Shown: positions 16,913 through 25,862, numbered from the stretch's first letter. The stretch is DNA of 40,000 nt from Pseudanabaena yagii GIHE-NHR1 (GCF_012863495.1 NZ_JAAVJL010000002.1:684271-724270); one strand, 5' to 3'. Numbers and translations are program-made. Notes: generated from the sequence alone by a model not told the origin.

Positions 16913-17029
16913 CTATTTGGGTTTGCGGTGGGATTCTTGTTCATCGATGTGGAGCATTCGACGCATCATGTAATCCTGAAAATATGTGGTAATTAAAACC
17001 AAGCAACTAACAACTAGGGTTTCCGTCAT
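16913..17029 (-). CDS. Unannotated 38-aa ORF with a strong Shine-Dalgarno sequence (possible small membrane protein)
   Basis: My translation is MTETLVVSCLVLITTYFQDYMMRRMLHIDEQESHRKPK*. The upstream context is acagAGGAAAcgatcATG. It fits the 203-nt gap between nifP and Mo-nitro_C on the same strand and is below the ORF-track size cut-off. Confidence 0.4.
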   Translation of the reverse strand: MTETLVVSCLVLITTYFQDYMMRRMLHIDEQESHRKPK

Positions 17030-17080
17030 GATCGTTTCCTCTGTTTTTGTTTTTCTAAGATTTTTAAGAGCTATTCATCT

Positions 17081-17932
17081 TTACTTCTGGGAAATGTTGT
17101 CTGAAAGCTGTTGTTCTAGTCGCTCGATCCGAAGGAGTAAGTTTTGTAAGACATCAGCCGATGGATCGGCTAACTGTTCCTGATTGGTTTGACCTAACGA
17201 AGTGGGCTGACTAGGACGACAAATGCGGGCAGGGACACCAACAACGGTGGTATGGCTGGGGACATCACGCAGCACGACTGAACCTGCCCCAATGCGAGCA
17301 TTATCACCAATTTGAATATTGCCGAGGACTTTAGCACCTGCACCGACGATCGTATGGTTGCCGATGGTAGGGTGACGCTTGCCAGTTTCTTTGCCTGTAC
17401 CACCAAGGGTGATACCTTGGTAGAGCAGTACATAGTCGCCGACGATCGCTGTTTCACCAATCACTACGCCCATACCGTGGTCGATAAATACCCCTTTGCC
17501 AATGCTGGCAGCAGGATGAATATCAATGCCCGTGATAAATCGCGCACAGTAGGCAAGCAACCTTGGTAGTAGGGGGATTTGGCGATGGTGTAACCAATGC
17601 GTAAAGCGATGGATCGCCAAGGCGTGCAGTCCCGGATAACAGCATAAAATCTCTAGCCAATGGTGAGCCGCAGGATCGCGATCGGCGATCGCTTGGAAAT
17701 CAGCCTTAATTACCTGTAGAACTTCGGTGACCCGTTGCCATGATTGCTGGGCAACTTGCAATTGAGTCAGGGGTAATTGCACTAATGGCAATTGCGCCAG
17801 TTGCAATTGATAAAACTGCCAGAGTGAATGTGCAGATGATTTGGTAGGGAAATCCGATGGGTATGCTGTGGCACACATGCGATCGATTTCCCGATTATCC
17901 AAAGTGTCTAGGTGAGAGATGGGTTGCATCAT
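17081..17932 (-). CDS. nifP: Nif-associated serine O-acetyltransferase (NifP/CysE)
   Basis: 283 aa: DRDPAA...YPGLHALAIHRFTHWL...GIDIHPAASIGKGVFIDHGMGVVIGETAIVGD...GGTGKETGKRHPTIGNHTIVGAGAKVLG. This is a hexapeptide-repeat SAT. Confidence 0.85.
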   Translation of the reverse strand: MMQPISHLDTLDNREIDRMCATAYPSDFPTKSSAHSLWQFYQLQLAQLPLVQLPLTQLQVAQQSWQRVTEVLQVIKADFQAIADRDPAAHHWLEILCCYPGLHALAIHRFTHWLHHRQIPLLPRLLAYCARFITGIDIHPAASIGKGVFIDHGMGVVIGETAIVGDYVLLYQGITLGGTGKETGKRHPTIGNHTIVGAGAKVLGNIQIGDNARIGAGSVVLRDVPSHTTVVGVPARICRPSQPTSLGQTNQEQLADPSADVLQNLLLRIERLEQQLSDNISQK

Positions 17933-18016
17933 TGCAGTCTCTGACAGTTAGGAGTTTGGAGTTCTGTCTTCCTGCTTATATCAGGTGCGATTAACCCAAC
18001 GGAAATAATTGTTGCG

Positions 18017-18158
18017 GATAAGATTTATTAAATTAATTAAGAAAGTACTCAGAAGCCTAAAGTCAGACTTCTAGGGAGTTTGACTTTTCTTTTGGGATAG
18101 GGGTACTAGTATTTTTGAGAGGAGGTACTAGTATTTAAGGGAATAGGGATAAGTATTT
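18017..18158 (-). promoter_or_regulatory. nifP upstream module: conserved core block plus three 22-bp-phased repeats
   Basis: In nifP sense, the core block at 18051..18017 reads TGAGTACTTTCTTAATTAATTTAATAAATCTTATC. Three AAATAC-containing units have their + strand GTATTT at 18109, 18131 and 18153. The module is a mirror copy of the nifB module. Confidence 0.55.
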
Positions 18159-18692
18159 TTATAGCCATTTCTGCCAAGTCTGTGCTTAAAGATAAAATGC
18201 TACGCGCAAGCATGGATAAGGGTTTAAGCAAAAAATATAACCAAACACAAATTGTACTCATAGGTACTCAGAAATGAGCCAATTCCTATTGAGCAAATAA
18301 GGTTTTGTATTAATAGCTACGGTTCATAACTGTACTGCACTAGCCATAAAAAATCAAGGAATAAATTTTAAATTTTTGTATTTATATCTGTATATATAGA
18401 TACGTTTAAAATCGGTTTTTACCGAAAGAAAGCAACTCCTGACAATTGTTAAAAAATTTTGATCCTTTTGCTACAGATTATCGAAGGAATGATAATTTAG
18501 ATACAAAATTAATTGCCTTAATTAAAGCTAGTAAAAACACCTAAAAGTAAGTCTATACACGACTCCTAGCCACTAATCTTATGTTTTTTGTAAGAATTGG
18601 TATCTTTTTTGAGTACATAAAAAAGTGCTTATAGTTAGCACTCAATTTTTGCTTGTATAGGTTGCTATAACTGGATTTATAGTGAGTACATG

Positions 18693-18844
18693 CAAAACTG
18701 TACCCCTTCCCTATAAATACCTAACCCCCATCATCTAAATACTCGTACCCCTACCCCAAAAGATTTTTTAAAACTGCTTAAATGTAGGCGCAGTTAGGGA
18801 TATGAATTTTGAGTACAAGCTTAATGTATTTAATAAATCTTATC
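18693..18844 (+). promoter_or_regulatory. nifB upstream module: three 22-bp-phased repeats plus conserved core block
   Basis: The three units are CAAAACTGTACCCCTTCCCTAT, AAATACCTAACCCCCATCATCT and AAATACTCGTACCCCTACCCCA (18693-18758). The core block TGAGTACAAGCTTAATGTATTTAATAAATCTTATC lies at 18810-18844, 82 nt before the nifB ATG. Confidence 0.55.
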
Positions 18845-18925
18845 GCGATCGCTTTCCTGCCGCCTTCCATAGTGACTGCTATAAATTTTGCATATTGACC
18901 GCAGTCCACTTATCAGGAAGCCTCA

Positions 18926-20419
18926 ATGACACCCCCGACACAAGCTCTCATTGCCTCCCCCGTTGAGAATAAGATTGCAACAACTCCAGCAAAATCCCAA
19001 AAATCAGGAAACTGTGGTTGTAGTAGCTCAAAAGGTTCCCAAACTTCTAACAAAAGTACTCTTAGTGAAAGTATGCAGGAGCGGATTGCGAAGCATCCCT
19101 GCTATAGCGAAGAAGCTCACCATCACTATGCTCGGATGCACGTTGCCGTAGCGCCCGCTTGTAACATTCAGTGTAACTACTGCAATCGTAAATATGACTG
19201 TGCCAACGAAAGTCGCCCTGGGGTAGTTAGTGAATTACTAACTCCCGAAGAAGCAGCTCACAAAGTAATGGTAATTGGCGGCAAAATCCCCCAAATGACC
19301 GTATTGGGAATTGCGGGGCCTGGTGACCCTTTAGCCAATCCTGAAAAGACTTTCCGAACTTTTGAGTTGATTGCAGCAGAGGCTCCCGATATTAAGCTCT
19401 GTCTTTCAACGAATGGATTGATGCTTCCCGAATATGTCGATCGCATCAAGAAGTTGAACATCGATCATGTGACGATCACGATTAATATGGTCGATCCTGA
19501 AATCGGTACTAAGATTTATCCTTGGATTCGTTATAACCGTAAGCGCTACACTGGTCTAGAAGCGTCACAGATTCTGCACCAACGCCAAATGTTGAGCTTA
19601 GATATGCTCAGAGAAGCAGACATTCTTTGCAAAGTTAATTCGGTGATGATTCCCGGAATTAACGATGAGCATCTCGTAGAAGTGGATCGAGTGATTCGTG
19701 AAAAAGGGGCTTTTCTCCACAACATTATGCCTCTAATCTCTGCTCCTGAACATGGCACACATTTCGGTTTAACTGGACAACGCGGTCCTACTCCCAAGGA
19801 GTTGAAAAAACTTCAGGATAGCTGCGCTGACAGCAACATGAAGATGATGCGCCACTGCCGTCAATGCCGTGCTGATGCCGTCGGTTTACTCGGTGAAGAT
19901 CGTTCCCAAGAATTTACCAAAGAAAAATTCATGGAAATGGCTCCCACCTATGATTTGGAAACCCGTCAAGTGGTTCACGCTGGCATCGATCTCTTACAAG
20001 CAGAATTGAAAGAGAAGAAAGCCAAAGTAACCAACATTCAAAAGACAGTGGCAACTCCCAAAATCCTTGTAGCTGTGACTACCAAAGGCAGTGGGATTGT
20101 CAATCAACACTTTGGTCATGCCAAAGAGTTCCAAATTTATGAAGTTGATGCCACAGAAGTCAAATTTGTCGGACATCGCAAGATCGATCAGTACTGTCAA
20201 AGCGGTTATGGCGAAGAAGCAACTCTCGAAGAAATTATCTCTTCCATTGCTGATTGTAAAGCCGTACTGACCGCTAAAGTTGGTAACTGTCCTCAAGAAA
20301 GCCTTTGCAAAGCAGGTATCGAGCCAGTCGAAGCCTACGATGCGATCGATACCGTAGCGAAAGAATTCTACGCTAAGTTTCTCCAAAAAGAAGCTCTTCT
20401 AGAACAAGCTCCCTATTAA
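18926..20419 (+). CDS. nifB: Radical-SAM FeMo-cofactor biosynthesis protein NifB (with C-terminal NifX-like domain)
   Basis: 497 aa: [44 protein letters not shown]. The C-terminal part [29 protein letters not shown] is NifX/NafY-like. Confidence 0.9.
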   Translation: MTPPTQALIASPVENKIATTPAKSQKSGNCGCSSSKGSQTSNKSTLSESMQERIAKHPCYSEEAHHHYARMHVAVAPACNIQCNYCNRKYDCANESRPGVVSELLTPEEAAHKVMVIGGKIPQMTVLGIAGPGDPLANPEKTFRTFELIAAEAPDIKLCLSTNGLMLPEYVDRIKKLNIDHVTITINMVDPEIGTKIYPWIRYNRKRYTGLEASQILHQRQMLSLDMLREADILCKVNSVMIPGINDEHLVEVDRVIREKGAFLHNIMPLISAPEHGTHFGLTGQRGPTPKELKKLQDSCADSNMKMMRHCRQCRADAVGLLGEDRSQEFTKEKFMEMAPTYDLETRQVVHAGIDLLQAELKEKKAKVTNIQKTVATPKILVAVTTKGSGIVNQHFGHAKEFQIYEVDATEVKFVGHRKIDQYCQSGYGEEATLEEIISSIADCKAVLTAKVGNCPQESLCKAGIEPVEAYDAIDTVAKEFYAKFLQKEALLEQAPY

Positions 20420-20421
20420 TC

Positions 20422-20452
20422 AAAATCAACAATGTATGCCATTGTTGATTTT
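20422..20452 (+). other. 13-bp perfect stem-loop directly after the nifB stop
   Basis: AAAATCAACAATG, loop TATGC, CATTGTTGATTTT. Confidence 0.65.
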
Positions 20453-20509
20453 AAAACCCTTCTTTCGTGAGTCGGTACAACCAGATCTATAGCCATAAGG
20501 AGTATTGTC

Positions 20510-20683
20510 ATGCCCTATCAGCTTGAAAATCAAGAGATCTACTGGGAAGTTTGTCTTTCGCAATGCCCAAAAGCAGCTATTCAAAAAGATGCTAGTGGAC
20601 ATTACCTAATCAACCAAAGACTTTGCCATAGTTGCTTTTACGGCAAGTTTCCCCAATTTATCCAACAGCATCCAACATCATGA
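20510..20683 (+). CDS. Degenerate FdxN-like mini-ferredoxin (57 aa, only 4 Cys)
   Basis: My translation is MPYQLENQEIYWEVCLSQCPKAAIQKDASGHYLINQRLCHSCFYGKFPQFIQQHPTS*. An AAGGAG lies 8 nt upstream. The gene occupies the fdxN slot between nifB and nifS. It keeps the CxxxCP-x-x-AI...I-x4-CxxC spacing but lacks the first CxxC and the whole second cluster motif. Confidence 0.5.
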   Translation: MPYQLENQEIYWEVCLSQCPKAAIQKDASGHYLINQRLCHSCFYGKFPQFIQQHPTS

Positions 20684-20732
20684 GTGTGGACATTCCCTCC
20701 GCTCCTAAAAAATCAAAGCAGGAAGTAATAGT

Positions 20733-21938
20733 ATGAACCCCGATGTAATCTACCTTGATAATAATGCTACTACCAGAATCGATCCCGCCGTTGTCGAAGC
20801 CATGCTTCCTTACCTCACCACTTATTACGGCAATCCTTCCAGTATGCACACGTTCGGTGGACAGGTGGGCAAAGCTATTCAAAATGCGCGATCGCAAGTT
20901 GCCGAACTCCTTGGAGCCGAGCCTTCAGAAATCATCTTCACTAGTTGCGGATCTGAAGGAAACAACACTGCCATCCGTGCAGCGCTTGCAGCCCAGAGCG
21001 ATCGCAAACATATTATTACCACGCAAGTCGAACATGCCTGTGTGATGAATGTTTGCAAACAGTTAGAGAAGCAAGGTTATACCGTTACTTATCTCTCTGT
21101 AAATCGCAAAGGGCAAATTGATTTGTCGGAGTTGGAGGCGGCGCTCACTGGTAATACAGCGCTAGTAACCACGATGTACGCCAACAATGAGACAGGCACA
21201 ATCTTCCCCATTGAGCAAATTGGCTCTTTGGCAAAGGAATATGGTGCAACCTTCCATGTGGATGCAGTACAAGCGGTTGGCAAAATCCCTCTCAACCTGA
21301 AAACCAGTACGATTGATTTGCTGACCCTCTCTGGACATAAACTGCACGCACCCAAAGGCGTTGGCGCATTATATGTCCGTCGTGGCTATCGCTTCCGTCC
21401 CTATATCCTTGGTGGACATCAGGAACGCGGGCGCAGAGCAGGAACTGAGAACGTCGCTGGTATCGTTGCCCTAGGTAAAGCTGCGGAATTGGAGTTAATC
21501 CATTTACCAAATGCGATACAGCATGAAAAGAAATTGCGCGATCGCTTAGAAAAGTTTCTCCTCTCAACCATTGCCGACTGTGAAGTAAACGGCGATCCTA
21601 AAAATCGTCTCCCAAATACTACTAACATCGGTTTCAAATTCATTGAAGGAGAAGCAATTCTCTTATCCCTTGATCGCTATGGTATTTGCGCCTCCTCTGG
21701 TTCCGCCTGTACCTCTGGCTCCCTCGAACCATCCCATGTGCTTCGTGCCATGGGACTCCCCTATACGATTCTCCACGGCTCCATCCGCTTCAGCCTCTCC
21801 CGCTACACCACCGATGCCGACATCGATCGCGTCCTAGAAGTCATGCCCAGCATCATCGATCGCCTCCGTGCTTTATCTCCCTTTAACAGCGATGCTGCGG
21901 GTTGGTTGCAAGAGAGAGAAGAGGCTCTTGTCAAGTAA
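20733..21938 (+). CDS. nifS: Cysteine desulfurase NifS
   Basis: 401 aa: IYLDNNATTRIDP...FTSCGSEGNNTAI...SGHKLHAPKGVGALYVR...ASSGSACTSGSLEPSHVL. Confidence 0.9.
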   Translation: MNPDVIYLDNNATTRIDPAVVEAMLPYLTTYYGNPSSMHTFGGQVGKAIQNARSQVAELLGAEPSEIIFTSCGSEGNNTAIRAALAAQSDRKHIITTQVEHACVMNVCKQLEKQGYTVTYLSVNRKGQIDLSELEAALTGNTALVTTMYANNETGTIFPIEQIGSLAKEYGATFHVDAVQAVGKIPLNLKTSTIDLLTLSGHKLHAPKGVGALYVRRGYRFRPYILGGHQERGRRAGTENVAGIVALGKAAELELIHLPNAIQHEKKLRDRLEKFLLSTIADCEVNGDPKNRLPNTTNIGFKFIEGEAILLSLDRYGICASSGSACTSGSLEPSHVLRAMGLPYTILHGSIRFSLSRYTTDADIDRVLEVMPSIIDRLRALSPFNSDAAGWLQEREEALVK

Positions 21939-22050
21939 AAGGGAAAAAGGAAAAAGGAAAAAATATTTTTCTCTTACCTGAATTTACTTGATCTTGAAAT
22001 TCTAACTACTAGCTTTCTATTTTCACTTTTTACTTTTACCTTTTTACTTG
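21936..22050 (+). repeat. nifS-nifU spacer bounded by complementary heptamer arrays
   Basis: (GGAAAAA)-type units lie at 21936-21964 and (CTTTTTA)-type units at 22021-22050. The pyrimidine array runs up to 2 nt before the nifU ATG, and no purine-rich SD is present. Confidence 0.75.
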
Positions 22051-22052
22051 CC

Positions 22053-22937
22053 ATGTGGGACTACACCGATAAAGTATTAGACCTCTTCTACAATCCTAAA
22101 AACCAAGGAGCGATAGAAGTTACTGACGAAAGAGATATTGCAGTTGTATTCGGCGAAATCGGCAGCATTGCCTGTGGTGACGCTCTGAGACTACATCTCA
22201 AGATTGATGTTCCTACCGATAGCATTCTTGACGCTCGCTTCCAAACCTTTGGATGCACGAGTGCGATCGCATCTTCTTCTGCCTTGACAGAAATGATCAA
22301 AGGACTTACATTAGATGAAGCTCTCAAAGTAAGCAATAAAGATATCGCCGATTACTTAGGCGGCTTACCTGAAGCAAAAATGCACTGTTCCGTAATGGGA
22401 CAAGAAGCCTTAGAAGCCGCTATTTACAAGTATCGCGGCATAGAGATTGAACATCATGAAGAAGATGAAGGCGCACTTCTCTGCACCTGCTTCGGAGTTA
22501 GTGATAACCGTGTTCGCCGCATCGTCATTGAGAACAATCTCACTACCGTTGAAGAAGTTACTAACTACATCAAAGCTGGTGGTTCCTGTGGTTCCTGTCT
22601 CGCAGGGATTGAAGATATTATCGCGGCGGTAGAAAAGGATAAAGAAGCCACAACCGCTAGAGTGGAAGCCGAACTTACACGCATTCAACAAACTAGCCGT
22701 AAGTTAACCACTGTCCAAAAGATTACCAAGATTCAAGAAATTCTCGATGAAGTCCGCCCAATGCTCATCGCAGACGGTGGCAATGTCGAGCTATTCGATG
22801 TCGATGGCGATATTGTCAAAGTCATTCTCAAAGGTGCTTGCAGTTCTTGCTCTAGCAGCACCGCTACTTTAAAAGATGCGATCGAAGTGAGACTACGCGA
22901 TCGCGTTCTCTCTAGCCTCGTTGTAGAAGCAGTTTAA
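22053..22937 (+). CDS. nifU: Fe-S cluster scaffold NifU
   Basis: 294 aa: MWDYTDKVLDLFYNPKNQG...GSIACGDALRLHL...FQTFGCTSAIASSSA...KMHCSVMG. There is a central CxxC...CGSC ferredoxin-like domain and a C-terminal Nfu domain (GGNVELFDVDGDIVKVILKGACSSCSSS). Confidence 0.9.
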   Translation: MWDYTDKVLDLFYNPKNQGAIEVTDERDIAVVFGEIGSIACGDALRLHLKIDVPTDSILDARFQTFGCTSAIASSSALTEMIKGLTLDEALKVSNKDIADYLGGLPEAKMHCSVMGQEALEAAIYKYRGIEIEHHEEDEGALLCTCFGVSDNRVRRIVIENNLTTVEEVTNYIKAGGSCGSCLAGIEDIIAAVEKDKEATTARVEAELTRIQQTSRKLTTVQKITKIQEILDEVRPMLIADGGNVELFDVDGDIVKVILKGACSSCSSSTATLKDAIEVRLRDRVLSSLVVEAV

Positions 22938-22938
22938 A

Positions 22939-23056
22939 GGCGATTAGCTATTAGCTGTTAGCTATTGGCTTTTAGCTAATCTCCGAAGCAATTTAAAAAC
23001 TCATAGCTAATCACTAATCACTCACAGCTAATCGCTAAAAGCTAATCGCTAAAAGC
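22939..23056 (+). repeat. Inverted blocks of TTAGCTA-type heptamer repeats in the nifU-nifH spacer
   Basis: The left block GGCGATTAGCTATTAGCTGTTAGCTATTGGCTTTTAGCTAATC and the right block ATAGCTAATCACTAATCACTCACAGCTAATCGCTAAAAGCTAATCGCTAAAAGCC are largely complementary in several registers. Confidence 0.8.
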
Positions 23057-23214
23057 CCCAAAAAGCTACCAAAAAAATAATGAATCTTCACTTATCTATT
23101 CTTGGAGTCGAGCGCTCCCCTCCTGTGGTGACAGCGATCGCTTCTAAATCTGAGAAAGAACTTCCTTAAGCCCTTTCTCAAGAGTTCTACTTCTAACCTA
23201 CAGTACATTTTTAA

Positions 23215-24138
<924 letters not shown>

Positions 24139-24145
24139 ATAATTT

Positions 24146-24178
24146 GTCATCTATGTAGGCTATGCCTACATAGATGAC
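24146..24178 (+). other. 15-bp perfect stem-loop between nifH and nifD
   Basis: GTCATCTATGTAGGC, loop TAT, GCCTACATAGATGAC. It begins 8 nt after the nifH stop. Confidence 0.8.
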
Positions 24179-24225
24179 CTTCAATCTTTTCTCTTTTCCC
24201 TTAAAACCCTTTCCTTGAGGCTAAT

Positions 24226-25737
24226 ATGACACCTCCAGAATCCGCTACATTAACACCTCCAACCGCTACAACACCTGTTAATGACATTCCTGAAACCAAG
24301 GCATTAATCAAAGAAGTTCTCGAAGCGTATCCCGACAAAGCCAAGAAAAAACGCGAAAAGCATCTCAATGTTTTTGAAGAAGGCAAGTCTGATTGTGGTG
24401 TCAAATCCAATATCAAATCTGTGCCTGGCTCCATGACCACCCGTGGTTGTGCCTACGCTGGATCTAAAGGCGTAGTTTGGGGACCCATCAAAGACATGAT
24501 CCACATCAGTCATGGTCCCGTTGGTTGTGGTTACTACTCTTGGTCTGGTCGCCGCAACTACTACATCGGCACTACAGGTATTGATTCCTTCGGCACGATG
24601 CAGTTCACCTCTGATTTCCAAGAACGCGATATCGTTTTTGGTGGTGACAAAAAACTATTGAAATTGATTACCGAGCTAGATGAACTCTTCCCTCTCAATC
24701 GTGGTGTTTCCATTCAATCGGAATGTCCAATCGGGTTGATCGGAGATGACATTGAAGCAGTAGCCAAGAAAGCTGCTAAAGAAATCGGCAAAACTGTTGT
24801 ACCTGTTCGTTGTGAAGGCTTCCGTGGTGTATCCCAATCCCTCGGACACCACATCGCCAATGACGCAGTTCGTGACTGGGTTTTCCCTCAATTTGACAAA
24901 AAGAAGAAACAAGGCGATGTCCCTGAAGGAACTCCCTATGATGTTGCTATTATCGGTGACTACAACATCGGTGGAGATGCTTGGTCTAGCCGTATCCTCC
25001 TCGAAGAAATCGGCTTGCGCGTAGTCGCTCAATGGTCGGGTGACGGTACGCTTACCGAGATGATCAACACTCCTTCCGTAAAGCTGAATCTAGTTCACTG
25101 CTATCGCTCCATGAACTATATCAGCCGTCACATGGAAGAAGCCTATGGTATTCCTTGGTTAGAGTACAATTTCTTTGGACCAACCCAAATCGCTGCCTCA
25201 CTCAGAGAAATTGCTTCTAAATTTGATGAAACCATCCAAGCTAAAGCCGAAGAAGTAATTGCGAAGTATCAAGCCCAAACCGATGCCGTAATTGCTAAAT
25301 ACGGTCCTCGTCTCACAGGCAAGACTGTAGCTCTTATGGTTGGTGGATTGCGTCCTCGCCACGTTGTTCCCGCCTTCCACGATCTTGGTATGAAGTTGGT
25401 TGGTACAGGCTATGAGTTCGGTCACAATGACGACTACAAGCGCACCACTCACTACATTGAGAATGGCACTCTCATCTATGACGATGTTTCCGCCTATGAG
25501 TTTGAAGCCTTCGTCAAAGAACTGAAGCCAGACTTAATTGCTTCAGGCATCAAAGAGAAGTATGTGTTCCAGAAGATGGCTCTCCCCTTCCGTCAGATGC
25601 ACTCTTGGGATTACTCTGGTCCTTATCACGGTTATGACGGCTTTGCGATCTTTGCCCGTGACATGGATCTTGCCCTTAATAGCCCCACTTGGAGCTTAAT
25701 TGGTACTCCTTGGAATAAGGTTGAAGTTGCTGCTTAA
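24226..25737 (+). CDS. nifD: Nitrogenase MoFe protein alpha chain NifD (uninterrupted)
   Basis: 503 aa: [39 protein letters not shown]...[10 protein letters not shown]...HCYRSMNY...[10 protein letters not shown]. Confidence 0.95.
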   Translation: MTPPESATLTPPTATTPVNDIPETKALIKEVLEAYPDKAKKKREKHLNVFEEGKSDCGVKSNIKSVPGSMTTRGCAYAGSKGVVWGPIKDMIHISHGPVGCGYYSWSGRRNYYIGTTGIDSFGTMQFTSDFQERDIVFGGDKKLLKLITELDELFPLNRGVSIQSECPIGLIGDDIEAVAKKAAKEIGKTVVPVRCEGFRGVSQSLGHHIANDAVRDWVFPQFDKKKKQGDVPEGTPYDVAIIGDYNIGGDAWSSRILLEEIGLRVVAQWSGDGTLTEMINTPSVKLNLVHCYRSMNYISRHMEEAYGIPWLEYNFFGPTQIAASLREIASKFDETIQAKAEEVIAKYQAQTDAVIAKYGPRLTGKTVALMVGGLRPRHVVPAFHDLGMKLVGTGYEFGHNDDYKRTTHYIENGTLIYDDVSAYEFEAFVKELKPDLIASGIKEKYVFQKMALPFRQMHSWDYSGPYHGYDGFAIFARDMDLALNSPTWSLIGTPWNKVEVAA

Positions 25738-25743
25738 GATGAC

Positions 25744-25862
25744 GAGTTTCGACTTCGCTCAACTCTCGATTCAACTGTGTAGTGAGCGAAGTCAACTCTA
25801 AGACAAATTAAGTCTATTTTCTCAAACTTCAATTGTTCGTGGGGTGAGCGAAGTCGAACCCC
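25744..25862. repeat. GAGCGAAGTC(G/A)A hairpin repeat copies in the nifD-nifK spacer
   Basis: The arms of one hairpin lie at 25744-25761 and 25783-25798, with core GACTTCGCTCA pairing with TGAGCGAAGTC. A further copy, GGGGTGAGCGAAGTCGAACCCC, lies at 25841-25862. The core is the same as at 979-1022. Confidence 0.7.

Noticed and set aside
18253-18268. TGTA-N8-TACT, a near-consensus NtcA box (GTAN8TAC)
   Set aside because: It is generated by two tandem GTACTCA heptamers of the local repeat system. It also lacks a TAN3T -10 box at the canonical ~22-nt spacing in either direction (TATATT lies only 14 nt away on the minus side). This is not enough to call an NtcA site.
19994-20386. 130-aa minus ORF inside nifB; similar antisense or out-of-frame ORFs lie inside nifEN (16165..16464, 15546..15803), nifS (21089..21643), nifD (24304..25032, 25198..25452), nifK (26761..27102) and the large NTPase gene (31675..31944, 33137..33346)
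   Set aside because: All are nested in strongly supported genes and have no start context or family motifs.
20680-20736. 18-codon ORF MSVDIPSAPKKSKQEVIV bridging the fdxN relic and nifS
   Set aside because: It is too short and featureless to call a gene. I mention it only as possible translational coupling or as leftover fdxN sequence.
22939-23056. Heptamer arrays here and at 4548-4609, 13764-13802, 16529-16560 and 21936-22050, considered as CRISPR-like arrays
   Set aside because: The units are 7 nt and contiguous with no spacers, and no cas genes are present. They are STRR-like tandem repeats, not CRISPR.
24226-25737. Possible developmental excision element in nifD or fdxN, as in heterocystous cyanobacteria
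   Set aside because: nifD is a single uninterrupted 503-aa ORF, and no xisA/xisF-type recombinase gene is present. The fdxN anomaly is a truncation, not an insertion.
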